From an uncultured Pseudomonadales bacterium (GTDB lineage Bacteria > Patescibacteriota > Microgenomatia > UBA1400 > UBA1396): DNA of 64,000 nt. The first letter of the stretch is position 1. Each line of letters starts with the position of its first letter. Positions 9,140-18,643 of this stretch are shown piece by piece. The stretch lies in NCBI GenBank assembly GCA_964598125.1, contig CAZRAG010000002.1, forward strand, positions 373-64,372, written 5' to 3'. The notes below the pieces were generated by a model. It had not been told where the DNA came from. It did not search any database and worked only from the letters and a program-made list of their open reading frames with translations. The position numbers and the translations under genes were made by a program.

Positions 9140-10091
9140 GCGAGGTCTCACCTTAGCACTTACAGCTGTTCTCTGCCAATTTTTGGCATTTCGTCCAGTG
9201 TATGCCCAAGAAAACTACCCCTTTGACCTCAGTATTTCTCCTAGTGTGGTGGAATTTGCTGTTCGACCGGGAAAATCCGTAACTCAAGCCTTTGAATTGA
9301 AAAATAATGGTTCTGTCCCGCTTAAAGTCACTCCCCAACTTCGAGACTTTCAAGCCGATGGCCTTCATGGCTTAGTTACTATTCTCCCCAGTCTGAGTTT
9401 CCCCTACGGCAAACTTGTTAACTCGGATATTGCTCTAGATCAACCCTTCACTTTGCCGGCAGGCGCAAGTCAACAACTCGTTATCAGCCTGACGATTCCT
9501 GAAAATGCCCGCGAACAAGACTGGTACCTTAGCCTGGTTGCCCGAACCCAACCGGATCTAGCCGATACCGTTTTCTCTCCCAGTTCCAACACAACCACCC
9601 AAGGAACCATTGTTGCACACATGCTTCTGCGTGTAACACAAAATAATCAAGAGCCCTTAGCCTGGAAAATTAATTTAGAGCTCCCAAGATTCATTGATAG
9701 CCTCCAGCGCGTGAAGTTTACTCCTACAGTGAGCAACTTGAGCCGAACCTACGCTATCCCAGATTTGCATGTGACGGTTCTGAATTGGCAAAAACGCATT
9801 GTGTCTGAGCAATCTGGCTTACCAGAGAGAATTCTAGCCCAGGCAGAGCGGAAAATTCCAGCGCAGCAAACGAGAAAGGATGACCCACGCTCCTATGAAG
9901 GAATTCCTTTTTCCCTCAATGAAAAGTTTGCTCTTGGCCCATATACGGTGAGAGCCAGTATTGCCAACAGCACAGGTGGTCCCACGATTGTGGAACAAGA
10001 AGTCTTTGCCTTTCCGTTCTCTATTTTGGCAGCAATCTTGGTACTCGTTGTCTTGATATGGTTCTTACGAATTTTTCAAGGCAAGATGTAG
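9108..10091 (+). CDS. secreted, C-terminally membrane-anchored hypothetical protein
   Basis: Signal peptide 'MWKKMSAAIFKRGLTLALTAVLCQFLAFRPVYAQ'. C-terminal TM 'FSILAAILVLVVLIWFL'. The longer 9060 start lies inside lgt. Confidence 0.55.
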   Translation: MWKKMSAAIFKRGLTLALTAVLCQFLAFRPVYAQENYPFDLSISPSVVEFAVRPGKSVTQAFELKNNGSVPLKVTPQLRDFQADGLHGLVTILPSLSFPYGKLVNSDIALDQPFTLPAGASQQLVISLTIPENAREQDWYLSLVARTQPDLADTVFSPSSNTTTQGTIVAHMLLRVTQNNQEPLAWKINLELPRFIDSLQRVKFTPTVSNLSRTYAIPDLHVTVLNWQKRIVSEQSGLPERILAQAERKIPAQQTRKDDPRSYEGIPFSLNEKFALGPYTVRASIANSTGGPTIVEQEVFAFPFSILAAILVLVVLIWFLRIFQGKM

Positions 10092-10100
10092 AGCGAAGTT

Positions 10101-10195
10101 ACAACAAGGAATATCTTTCCCACTTCTTCTGCCTGGAAGGATATTCCTGGGAATATCCTTCTTGAGGAATTCAATAGGAAAGATATTCCTTGTTG
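10101..10195. repeat. nested palindromic element, family A, copy 1. Outer inverted repeat is 'AACAAGGAATATCTTTCC/GGAAAGATATTCCTTGTT'. Inner palindrome is 'CTGGAAGGATATTCC-TGGG-AATATCCTTC'.
   Basis: Read directly. Near-identical copies sit at 51078-51165 and 63397-63484. Confidence 0.8.
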
Positions 10196-10247
10196 AAGGC
10201 TTCATCGATCTCGTTTGAGAGATTGTTATACTATCTGTAACTTGGCA

Positions 10248-12380
10248 ATGAAGCTCAAAAACAGACGTTTATCAACGTGGATATCCCAGCAGTGGTTTTC
10301 GATGTTTATTTTCTTTATAAGCATCATGAGTACCTTTGCTTTTACAGTGATCACACTCTATCTGGCGAAAATAAAAGAGGAGGCACGGTTTGAAAATTCG
10401 ATTAATCGCACACAACGAACGATCGAAACTCGATTAGATACCTACACCGCGGTTATGCTTGGGGGCGCCGGCCTATTTGTCGCGAGCGATCAAGTAACGG
10501 CCGCCGAATTTCGCGAATACGTAAAACAACTAGAAATTGAAAAGCGATATCCTGGTATTCGCGAATTTGGCTATATTAGCCTTGTTAGTCCAGCAAATCA
10601 GGAAGAGATTCTTGGACAAATTCAACAATTAGTTCCCAACTTTTTCTTTCCTGCTCGGGAAAATTCAGGTACACAAACAGCTATCACTTACGTGGAGCCT
10701 GAGAATTCCAAAAACCTTCAGCGCTTAGGAAAAGATTTATTTACGGAATCCATTTTTCAGGAAGCCATGATTCAGGCCAGAGAAACACGTCGACCAACCT
10801 TAACCGCCAGAGTTGAACTTACTTCGGACAGTGATGACCAAAAACATGCCGGTTTCCTCCTTTTTATTCCTCTATTTCGGACCAATCAGGGAAATACGCA
10901 ATCAGAACTGGTCGGCTATACATATGGAGCATTTCTGGCTGAGGATTTGTTTGGGGGCATTCGGGAGGACCTTCCACATTCTGATATTGATTTCTGGATT
11001 TATGATGGCGTAGTACCGGCACCGGAAAACATTCTTTACAAACACAGTACGGAAGACGATATCACGCTTTCTAAGACGCTGCCACAATATACAACATCTT
11101 CCCCAATCAATATTGCTGGCCGTAACTTTACCGTCCTCTATGTTTCCAACCGTAACTTTAACTACTCGTTAGAAAGAAGCACCTATCCCTATTATCTGGC
11201 CGCAGGCTTGGTGATTAGTTTTTTAGTGTTCGCCCTCAGTCGAGTGCACTCACGATCTGTTATCGAAACCGAACGAGCCCACGCCGAACTACTCTCTTCG
11301 CAGGAGGCTTTGCGCCGAAGCAGTATTCAATATAAAACTCTCGCTGAAAATGCCAGCGACTTAGTTACCGTTATCGACCCGTTAGGAACCATTCTGTATG
11401 CTTCACCCTCGCATGAGGAAATGTTCGGCGTCACTCCAGATGAGCTCATCGGCACCAGTATTTTGCCGTATATTCACCCGGAAGACTTTGAGAGTTTCCA
11501 ATCTAAACTCTCAACGTTGTCAGAAGGAGGGCACGAAACGGCCGTCTACCGAGTTCAACGCCAAAGTGACGGCATGTATGTGAGCTTGGAAGGTGTTGGA
11601 ACCGGTCTGATTGATGAGGATGGCCAGATCACTGGTATTCTCATGATCTCGCGAGATATTACGGCTCGTGAAGAAATGGATAGGCGCAAGGACGAATTTA
11701 TTAGCATTGCCAGCCATGAGTTAAAAACTCCGGTTACGAGTCTTAAAGTGTATACCCAATATCTGGAACAGTATTTTGCTCACAAAAATGACCGTATTTC
11801 GGTTGAGTTACTCGGTAAAATGGATCGACAACTTTTTAAACTTACACGTTTAATTCGTGACTTGCTCGACGTTTCACGAATTGAATCAGGACGACTTGAT
11901 CTTCATATAACTTCTTTTGATATTAAGGTTGTTCTGGCCGAAGTTCTTGAAACACTTTCGCTCTTGCAGGGAAAACACCATATACGGTTAGAAAAAATAA
12001 CAAACACTATTATCGAAGCTGATCGAGATCGCATTGCCCAAATTCTTACGAATATCCTTGCCAATGCTATAAAGTATTCCGCTGAAACTCAGGAAATCAT
12101 TGTCACCCAAAAGAAAACAAAAAAGTCACTCACCATTTGCGTACAGGATTTTGGGCCTGGTATTCCTCGGTCAAAACAGGCCCAAATATTTGATCGATTT
12201 GTCCGAGTTGACGGCCCCAAACAAGAAACATTTGCCGGATTTGGTCTGGGTTTGTATATTGCCCGAGAGATTGTAGAAAAACATCACGGAAAGATTTCCG
12301 TTAAAAGTCAGGTTGGCAAAGGATCAACCTTTTGCTTTACCATACCCTTACAAAGTGCCGTTACAATACATTTATCATGA
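10248..12380 (+). CDS. sensor histidine kinase (TM, CHASE-like periplasmic domain, PAS, HisKA, HATPase)
   Basis: PAS 'LAENASDLVTVIDPLGTILYASPSHEEMFG'. H-box 'FISIASHELKTPVTSL'. ATPase N/G boxes 'ILTNILANAIKYS', 'DFGPGIP' and 'GFGLGLYIAREIVEKHHG'. An alternative TTG start lies at 10215. Confidence 0.85.
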   Translation: MKLKNRRLSTWISQQWFSMFIFFISIMSTFAFTVITLYLAKIKEEARFENSINRTQRTIETRLDTYTAVMLGGAGLFVASDQVTAAEFREYVKQLEIEKRYPGIREFGYISLVSPANQEEILGQIQQLVPNFFFPARENSGTQTAITYVEPENSKNLQRLGKDLFTESIFQEAMIQARETRRPTLTARVELTSDSDDQKHAGFLLFIPLFRTNQGNTQSELVGYTYGAFLAEDLFGGIREDLPHSDIDFWIYDGVVPAPENILYKHSTEDDITLSKTLPQYTTSSPINIAGRNFTVLYVSNRNFNYSLERSTYPYYLAAGLVISFLVFALSRVHSRSVIETERAHAELLSSQEALRRSSIQYKTLAENASDLVTVIDPLGTILYASPSHEEMFGVTPDELIGTSILPYIHPEDFESFQSKLSTLSEGGHETAVYRVQRQSDGMYVSLEGVGTGLIDEDGQITGILMISRDITAREEMDRRKDEFISIASHELKTPVTSLKVYTQYLEQYFAHKNDRISVELLGKMDRQLFKLTRLIRDLLDVSRIESGRLDLHITSFDIKVVLAEVLETLSLLQGKHHIRLEKITNTIIEADRDRIAQILTNILANAIKYSAETQEIIVTQKKTKKSLTICVQDFGPGIPRSKQAQIFDRFVRVDGPKQETFAGFGLGLYIAREIVEKHHGKISVKSQVGKGSTFCFTIPLQSAVTIHLS

Positions 12381-12727
12381 TCCGGCAAGTCTTCATCGCT
12401 GACGATGATGATGCCATTTTAGATGCCTTAGAGCTCATTCTCAGTGCAGATGGCTATCAAGTTACCTGTAGTAATGATGGTCGCGAAATTTTCAAACATC
12501 TTGAGCAGCCTCCTGATATTTTCTTGCTTGATATTTGGATGTCCGGTGTGGACGGAACTGATCTCTGTCTGGCTCTAAAATCTGATGAAGAAACAAAAAA
12601 CATCCCCGTTATTCTGATCTCCGCCCATCAAGATATTGCCCAAATTGCCCAAGAAGCCGGTGCCGATGGATACTTGGTCAAGCCTTTCGAAATTAAGGAA
12701 CTCATAGAGCTTCTCAAAAAATATTAG
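12377..12727 (+). CDS. single-domain response regulator (CheY-like receiver)
   Basis: 'VFIADDDDAILDALELIL...FLLDIWMSGVDGTDLC...PVILISAH...GADGYLVKPF'. Its start overlaps the kinase stop (ATGA). Confidence 0.85.
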   Translation: MIRQVFIADDDDAILDALELILSADGYQVTCSNDGREIFKHLEQPPDIFLLDIWMSGVDGTDLCLALKSDEETKNIPVILISAHQDIAQIAQEAGADGYLVKPFEIKELIELLKKY

Positions 12728-12768
12728 AGAAGGTGACTCCCTGATCTAGAAAGTTCATCCTTGCTCGA

Positions 12769-13107
12769 TCAACCTCTCTCCTCGTCCATTTGGTAGCGAG
12801 CATAAATTTCTTGTAAACGCTCATCAATCACTTTTGGCATGTCTAAATCAAGAGCCATACCTGCCAAAATAACCGTATTAAAAACATCGGCCCATTCTTT
12901 GGCCACGTCATCCGTGTGGTGCTGTTGTTGCTTGTCTGCCCGGTGCAGGTGCAATTCACCATGAACCGCACTATGAAGTTCGCCGAGCTCTTCGGTAATC
13001 TTGCCTAGACGGGCAAGAATTTTGTATTCGTCTTGGAGCTGCGGAAATTTCTGGGCAAAATACTGATCAATTTTGTCGTAGCGTTGCAGGAGCGTTTGAA
13101 AATTCAT
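12769..13107 (-). CDS. MazG-like nucleotide pyrophosphohydrolase domain protein
   Basis: 'LARLGKITEELGELHSAV' plus the EExxE-type motif typical of small MazG/HisE-like NTP pyrophosphatases. 112 aa. Confidence 0.6.
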   Translation of the reverse strand: MNFQTLLQRYDKIDQYFAQKFPQLQDEYKILARLGKITEELGELHSAVHGELHLHRADKQQQHHTDDVAKEWADVFNTVILAGMALDLDMPKVIDERLQEIYARYQMDEERG

Positions 13108-13231
13108 GTCCTCATCTTACGCCTTATCTTGACGTGGAACTCATTGTGTTTGCCTATTCTTAAAACAACAAATATGTTGGCTTAAGAATAGGGGGTGGCG
13201 TGTGAAGCCACCCCCAACGTGTTACTTTTTG

Positions 13232-14173
13232 TTACGGCGCGCTCGTGAGCATACCAATGGTCACGGGTTCGCAGTTGATACCGTACTGCTCAATCTGGCA
13301 ATCATAGACCTCGCGGCCAGGACCGGCCAGGATGAGGTTGTTGCCGCTGATGGTGGACAGGCGCTCGAGCGTCATGGGGTTGTCGTTCAGCTCGAGAAAG
13401 TACGAAATCATCGGGCCGACGTAAATCACGCCCGACTTCAGTTGCCCATCGACAATCCCGGTGATGAGTTTCCAGCGCTGGGTTTCGCGGATAACGCGGT
13501 AGTGCTCCACCGTGGTCTTTACGTTGGAGTTGCCCAGGTCTGAAACTTCAAACCCCGCCTCTTCGAATACTGGCCAGGCAGCAGGCGAGCGACGGGTTTC
13601 CATGAGGATCGCGTTGTAGATCATTACATCGCTCCCCAACATGTATCCCAACTCGTTGCCACGAATGGAGATTGGGTAAAGGTCATCATCCCCCACCAGC
13701 GATGAAATCCGCGTCCCCCGGCTGATCCGGACGTGGTTCCACACCTGGTGGTTACGATCCAGAATCAGGAACGAACCGTCCGAAAACGGCTGTTCCCACA
13801 CGCGGAACGACCCACCAGACGTGTGAATTGGGTAGACGACAGAGCCGAGCGGAGCATCAGCCAAATCTTCGAAAGTGTAGTAGCTGAGCTCGTTGCGCCC
13901 AGCAACCAACACCATTCCGGAAATTGCTGACCAAGCAAAGGCTCCCTCTCCGAGAGCCTGATACACCACTTTCCCGTCCTCGCGGACAAGAACGTGCCAG
14001 TTGGTCTCATCGACGTACTCAACGTACAGAATTCCGTCATATGAGACCTCAACGCGGAAAACCTCCCAGATTTCATCCTGGGCGGTTGCGGACGGAACGG
14101 AGTGTGCGCCGAATGCGCCAAACACCAGGGTGGCCACCATGGCCACCAGGATCAAACGTGCGATTCTCAACAT
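13232..14173 (-). CDS. secreted hypothetical protein encoded in a GC-rich (~60%) islet
   Basis: Signal peptide 'MLRIARLILVAMVATLVFGAFGAHSVPSATAQ'. Base composition is clearly higher in GC than the surroundings. Antisense ORFs here are GC artefacts. Confidence 0.6.
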   Translation of the reverse strand: MLRIARLILVAMVATLVFGAFGAHSVPSATAQDEIWEVFRVEVSYDGILYVEYVDETNWHVLVREDGKVVYQALGEGAFAWSAISGMVLVAGRNELSYYTFEDLADAPLGSVVYPIHTSGGSFRVWEQPFSDGSFLILDRNHQVWNHVRISRGTRISSLVGDDDLYPISIRGNELGYMLGSDVMIYNAILMETRRSPAAWPVFEEAGFEVSDLGNSNVKTTVEHYRVIRETQRWKLITGIVDGQLKSGVIYVGPMISYFLELNDNPMTLERLSTISGNNLILAGPGREVYDCQIEQYGINCEPVTIGMLTSAP

Positions 14174-14253
14174 CACATTCACCTCTTGGCTAAAATAGGG
14201 ATATGCACCGGATGGGTGTGTCCCCATCAAAAGCGGTATTCTGAAAAAGTTCT

Positions 14254-14301
14254 CTCAGGACACACAAAAAAGTCTCACCTGACCCTTTTGTGTGTCCTGA
14301 G
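14254..14301. promoter_or_regulatory. perfect 16-bp stem hairpin 'CTCAGGACACACAAAA...TTTTGTGTGTCCTGAG' in the 5' region of the GC-rich secreted-protein gene
   Basis: Read directly. Neither side has a T-run, so it is not a canonical terminator. Confidence 0.5.
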
Positions 14302-14478
14302 GTATGTGTAACACGTTGTTCAAGAGCTTTGCCTCTACCACTAAGGAAGTTATTTCCTCGAGTAATGACAAAACCAGACTTTCTCGATTAAGACAAGAAA
14401 GCATCTAAATATTATAGGCTAAATAAGCGAAAAATTCAATCTTATAGGATGTAAAGAGCCATTTTTGCAACAATCCTC

Positions 14479-14958
14479 TCACCGCAACAGCACCGCACCC
14501 ACATACGGCCCGGGAACTCTCTCAAGCTGTGGCACGGTTCTTTTCCCATTACTTGGAGCGGTTCCTCGTTCTTGCCTGGTAGCGGTGACCGCCGGCTGGG
14601 TAACCTGGGTAATAAGTGCAACTTTCTTTTCCTGGGAATACCATGATATCGGCGCCATTCGAACGCTATTTATAAGTCTCATCAGGGTTACAGCCGTAAG
14701 CAGCATATTTCTGTCGGCGACAATTGATTCAAACAATCGCATTGTCTCCCTGAGAAATACAGGCCTCAAGTAAGCGATTTGTTCCTGAAATTCCTGTGAT
14801 TCTGGTATTTGGGCATCGATTTCTGCTTTTTTGAGGTGAGACGACAAAATATCAAAAGCTGCCTTCTCTTGAGGAGAGTTGCCAATGCGAGAAAACCGTC
14901 GTGAAATCGAAAGAAAATACTGCAAGGTTTCTGCTTCTTGAGTCGAAACGTTTCTCAT
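14479..14958 (-). CDS. hypothetical protein. The start is set at an internal Met. The longer ORF runs back to 15198 but overlaps the upstream gene.
   Basis: Translation looks protein-like. No motif recognised. Confidence 0.3.
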   Translation of the reverse strand: MRNVSTQEAETLQYFLSISRRFSRIGNSPQEKAAFDILSSHLKKAEIDAQIPESQEFQEQIAYLRPVFLRETMRLFESIVADRNMLLTAVTLMRLINSVRMAPISWYSQEKKVALITQVTQPAVTATRQERGTAPSNGKRTVPQLERVPGPYVGAVLLR

Positions 14959-15049
14959 GGATGCCGCTTCTCTAGGCTTATAAGAAACAGTATACACACC
15001 TGGATGTGAATTCTGTAAGAAATGCTGGCGATTATTGGAGTAACGAGTG

Positions 15050-15457
15050 TTACTCAGCAGATCCAGAAGGACACGGGGCAAACTCACAATTCGGTCCAAC
15101 CCGACCAACCGAGCTACCATCCGGACAAATCTTGGCTTCCATGGTACAGGCCACACCTTCAAATGGCGGGACCACTTCCTCGCCCACAGGAAGATCATCG
15201 ATAATTACGGGTTCTTGGGCGTCAGGAGCTTGCCAAATAGGTCCGTCGTCAACAATCATGGGACAGGTAGCATCATTATTATCAATAACAATTGGACTAG
15301 GAATACTGCGCTGTCCAAGATAAAAACCACCCAAACCAGTGGCGAGCCAAAGAATCACACCACACAACACAACCACCACAGTTCGAGCCAAGTTTGCCGA
15401 TGAGGTGATCATCTTTTTTGGTTGATCGCTTTGAGCAGAAGGTATCATGTGCATCAT
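15050..15457 (-). CDS. membrane-anchored hypothetical protein with a Cys-containing C-terminal domain
   Basis: N-terminal TM 'VVVVLCGVILWLATGLGGFYL'. C-terminal 'CPDGSSVGRVGPNCEFAPCP'. Confidence 0.45.
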   Translation of the reverse strand: MMHMIPSAQSDQPKKMITSSANLARTVVVVLCGVILWLATGLGGFYLGQRSIPSPIVIDNNDATCPMIVDDGPIWQAPDAQEPVIIDDLPVGEEVVPPFEGVACTMEAKICPDGSSVGRVGPNCEFAPCPSGSAE

Positions 15458-15661
15458 TATACAGACTGTCGAGATTCAACTCTGGAAGAGATCGGCTCTG
15501 TCAGCCAGATTGTTACAGTAGTTTCCTTCTGGAGTAGTCTGACTTTCTCTGATCTTGCTATAGTAGATCTGCCGCACTTTTTCGCTGTTGGATAAACAAG
15601 CAGAAGAATAAATCATCAATGCAACACCTCATACCACGCGCAATTCAAATCAGACAACTCT

Positions 15662-17170
15662 ATGAGCAACGAGAGAAATAAAATATCGACACTCTTGAGG
15701 CAAGAATCAGGCGTGCGTAAGAATGTCACGATAGAAAAAATCATTCTATGGGTCGCAATCTTATCTGGCTTTTGGTGGCATCTCCAAGCAGCGTGGCATC
15801 AGCAACTGTTTGGCGATGAAGTTCATAGTCTTTTCTTCTTTGCGAACAACTCCTGGATTTCACTCCTGCAAAGACCCGTTGAGCCCATTCATCCTAATGG
15901 TTATTATCTTTTGCTCAAATTTTTGTACACCCTCACCCCTTCAGTTTTGGCATTACGTTTCTGGATGGTAGGGTCTTTTGTGGCAAGTTGTTGGGTACTC
16001 TCCCGAATCCTCAAACAACTCCGCTTTCCCTCAAACATGAGTTTGGCCATAGTTGCCTTGTGGAGTAGTTCAGCCTACATCTGGCATTTTTCCTTCCAGT
16101 TGCGCATGTATGGTCCGGCCATGACGCTGCTTTTGCTGTCACTACTGACGCTCATGCAAAAAAAATACTGGTGGTCGATGGTGGTGGATTGGCTGCTCCT
16201 TTTTTTGGCCTATGGCTCGATTGTGGGAATTGTGGCCAAATGGTTGGCGTGGTTTTTGTTCCGTGACACGAAGCTGCAAAAAGCACGTAAATTCTGGGTT
16301 GCCAATGATTTTGCGCCAGCGGCCTTGAGCCTTTTGCCCGTTTTCGTGGTTGTTATCCAATTCTGGCAACAACAAGCAGCAATTGATACCTCCTATTTAT
16401 ATTGGGTACATCAACCAGTATTCGCTGACTGGAGTTTGGCCTTTCTTTCCTTTTTTGCTGGGCTTTTTTTGCCTTACTTTGAAGGTTATAGCGCCCTTTC
16501 CCAGCGTTGGATGCAGTTGGGTGCAATCGCCAACTGGGGATTCTTGCTGGCCGTTTTTGGGGGCTTTGCTTTTGCCTATCGCCAGAAAAAAATTATCGTC
16601 CAGTGGTGGAAACAACGTACTACCAATGAACGACTCCTGTTACTCATAAGTCTCATTACCATCACGCTCTACACCACCATTTTTGGCTGGTCACTCTTCA
16701 CTCAAGGTCATATCTTTCATGTTCGCCAGCTCTTCCCGGTCGCCGTGATTGGTTGGCTTTTTATGGCTTGGTTGCTGAACCAAATACACAGGTTTAGGCC
16801 GGTAATAACCTTTGTTTTAGTAACCGGAATCCTTGCTATAAATCAGACAAGCATTATCAAAGATACTTGGGCGGATAACCAGGCGTATCCCCATCACTTT
16901 CAGCCACAACCTGGTACTCCCGTGATTGCCAGCCAGACAGATATTGAACTCATCTACAAGCAATGCCAGACATTTACTTGGAACGACGTGGAAAAAGCCT
17001 GCGCCCAACACCACATTTTTTTGCTGGAAAAGTTTGAGAATACTCAAGCCCTTCCTTCAACTTGGTGGCTCACAACCCGAGCCTATCAAACCTGGCCAGA
17101 AAAAAATCAGTTGATTCACTGTTCGGCTATTTCTCTTGACTTTTGGGAATGCCGACAACAAGAGTTTTAG
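15662..17170 (+). CDS. large multi-pass membrane protein, putative GT-C type glycosyltransferase (PMT/ArnT-like)
   Basis: 502 aa. 'LFGDEVHSLFFF' acidic DE motif after the first helix, as in GT39/GT83. Many hydrophobic segments. Confidence 0.5.
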   Translation: MSNERNKISTLLRQESGVRKNVTIEKIILWVAILSGFWWHLQAAWHQQLFGDEVHSLFFFANNSWISLLQRPVEPIHPNGYYLLLKFLYTLTPSVLALRFWMVGSFVASCWVLSRILKQLRFPSNMSLAIVALWSSSAYIWHFSFQLRMYGPAMTLLLLSLLTLMQKKYWWSMVVDWLLLFLAYGSIVGIVAKWLAWFLFRDTKLQKARKFWVANDFAPAALSLLPVFVVVIQFWQQQAAIDTSYLYWVHQPVFADWSLAFLSFFAGLFLPYFEGYSALSQRWMQLGAIANWGFLLAVFGGFAFAYRQKKIIVQWWKQRTTNERLLLLISLITITLYTTIFGWSLFTQGHIFHVRQLFPVAVIGWLFMAWLLNQIHRFRPVITFVLVTGILAINQTSIIKDTWADNQAYPHHFQPQPGTPVIASQTDIELIYKQCQTFTWNDVEKACAQHHIFLLEKFENTQALPSTWWLTTRAYQTWPEKNQLIHCSAISLDFWECRQQEF

Positions 17171-17931
17171 GAAAATATTTCTTGAACCACCGGATGAAGA
17201 CTCTGATTTGTCGCAATCAGCGAAGTGGTTGCCAAAGTGAGTGGCTGGCCACGAAGATCGGTCACCTGACCGCCAGCCTCTTGCACGATCAAACTCGCCG
17301 CGGCCACATCCCAAATTTTAATGGCGGATTCCACAACAACATCAACCTTCCCTTGCGCAAGCAGATGATACGCCCAAGCATCACCAAACCCGCGATGACC
17401 TCGCGTGGCGTTTTCCAGTTGCAAAAGAGCATCAAGGGCATTTCTTTTTTGGAAACAGGTCAGACTCCCATAACTGAGAAAGGCCTCATTCAAACGATCC
17501 ACAGTAGAAACATGCACGGGTTGGTCATTCAAAAAAGCTCCCTGGCCCTTTTGTGCATACAACAGTTCCTGCATAGCTGGGGCATTGGAAACGCCCACAA
17601 TGACTTCGCCATCTTTCATGAGCGCCAATTGGGTGGCGAAGAGCGGAATCTGCCGAATATAGTTTTTCGTGCCATCGATTGGGTCTATGATCCACAGATA
17701 TTCTGAGTCAGTCGAACTTTGACCACTTTCTTCGCCCAAAATAGCATGATTGGGAAAATACTCAAGCACATGGGAACGAATAATGAGTTCGGCTTCCTGG
17801 TCAGCAATGGTGACGGGTGATTGGTCCGGCTTTAACGTCGCTCGCGTTTGAGGAGTATAGTATTGGTTGATTACGGATTCCGCTGCCTTCACGGCTTCAA
17901 GAGCGACGGTAAGAAATTGCGAGTATGCCAT
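17167..17931 (-). CDS. inositol-monophosphatase family phosphatase (SuhB/HisN-like)
   Basis: 'LWIIDPIDGTKNYI' and 'WDVAAASLIVQEAGGQVTD' match IMPase motifs. 254 aa. Confidence 0.85.
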   Translation of the reverse strand: MAYSQFLTVALEAVKAAESVINQYYTPQTRATLKPDQSPVTIADQEAELIIRSHVLEYFPNHAILGEESGQSSTDSEYLWIIDPIDGTKNYIRQIPLFATQLALMKDGEVIVGVSNAPAMQELLYAQKGQGAFLNDQPVHVSTVDRLNEAFLSYGSLTCFQKRNALDALLQLENATRGHRGFGDAWAYHLLAQGKVDVVVESAIKIWDVAAASLIVQEAGGQVTDLRGQPLTLATTSLIATNQSLHPVVQEIFS

Positions 17932-17969
17932 GAAAGCATTGTAGCAAGAGCAATATGCCAGATTTTTTA

Positions 17970-18344
17970 CTATTGGGCGGGAATGAGATTTTGGTGATCA
18001 TTGGGTAATGATGGCCAACGAACCGTAAGAATAACCGAGTCTTCTTCAATCACGTATTTATGCTCAACTTGAGGTTGAGAAATGTAGTAATCGCCAGGCT
18101 TGAGTACCATTTCTTGCTCGCGAAAAATCATGCGCATCTGCCCTTGAACTACCAAGCTCATGGTGGTGGCGGTGGCGCACACCGACCACTCGTCACGGCG
18201 CTCTCCCTTCTGGTGAATTCCCCACTTCATCTCAACATCCTGGGAAAATCGCAAGGAATCTTTATCCTCAATAAAATGACCGATAAACCAACCACGTTGA
18301 GCGGTTGATTCGTTGTTCACGTTACCAAAATAAACGGATTGCAT
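17970..18344 (-). CDS. cupin-fold protein (probable)
   Basis: 124 aa. Two-motif cupin-like pattern 'WGIHQKGERRDEW...H' and 'LKPGDYYISQPQVEHKYVIEEDSVILTV'. Confidence 0.5.
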   Translation of the reverse strand: MQSVYFGNVNNESTAQRGWFIGHFIEDKDSLRFSQDVEMKWGIHQKGERRDEWSVCATATTMSLVVQGQMRMIFREQEMVLKPGDYYISQPQVEHKYVIEEDSVILTVRWPSLPNDHQNLIPAQ

Positions 18345-18408
18345 AGGTGTACTATAGCAATTGAGAAGTATAAAGAATAAATGCAGGAAGATATTCTAAA
18401 ATTTTTCC

Positions 18409-18600
18409 TTAGGCTTTCCGAAAATATTCATTCCCTTTAGCTATTTCGACGAGTTCAGCGGACCGAACATCAACGCCATGTATGAGGTAATACCATTGCT
18501 GGTAAAAATCTTGCCAACTGATTTTATCTATTTGATATAAAAAATCCTTATAATAAATGTAGTCACCCTCTAAAAATTTTGGCTCAGGTTGGTAAGACAT
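18409..18600 (-). CDS. small hypothetical protein in an AT-rich segment
   Basis: 63-aa ORF, Tyr/Trp-rich. Confidence 0.3.
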   Translation of the reverse strand: MSYQPEPKFLEGDYIYYKDFLYQIDKISWQDFYQQWYYLIHGVDVRSAELVEIAKGNEYFRKA

Positions 18601-18643
18601 ATATTAATATTTTACAAATAATTTGTTCTCAGGGATGCGAAGT

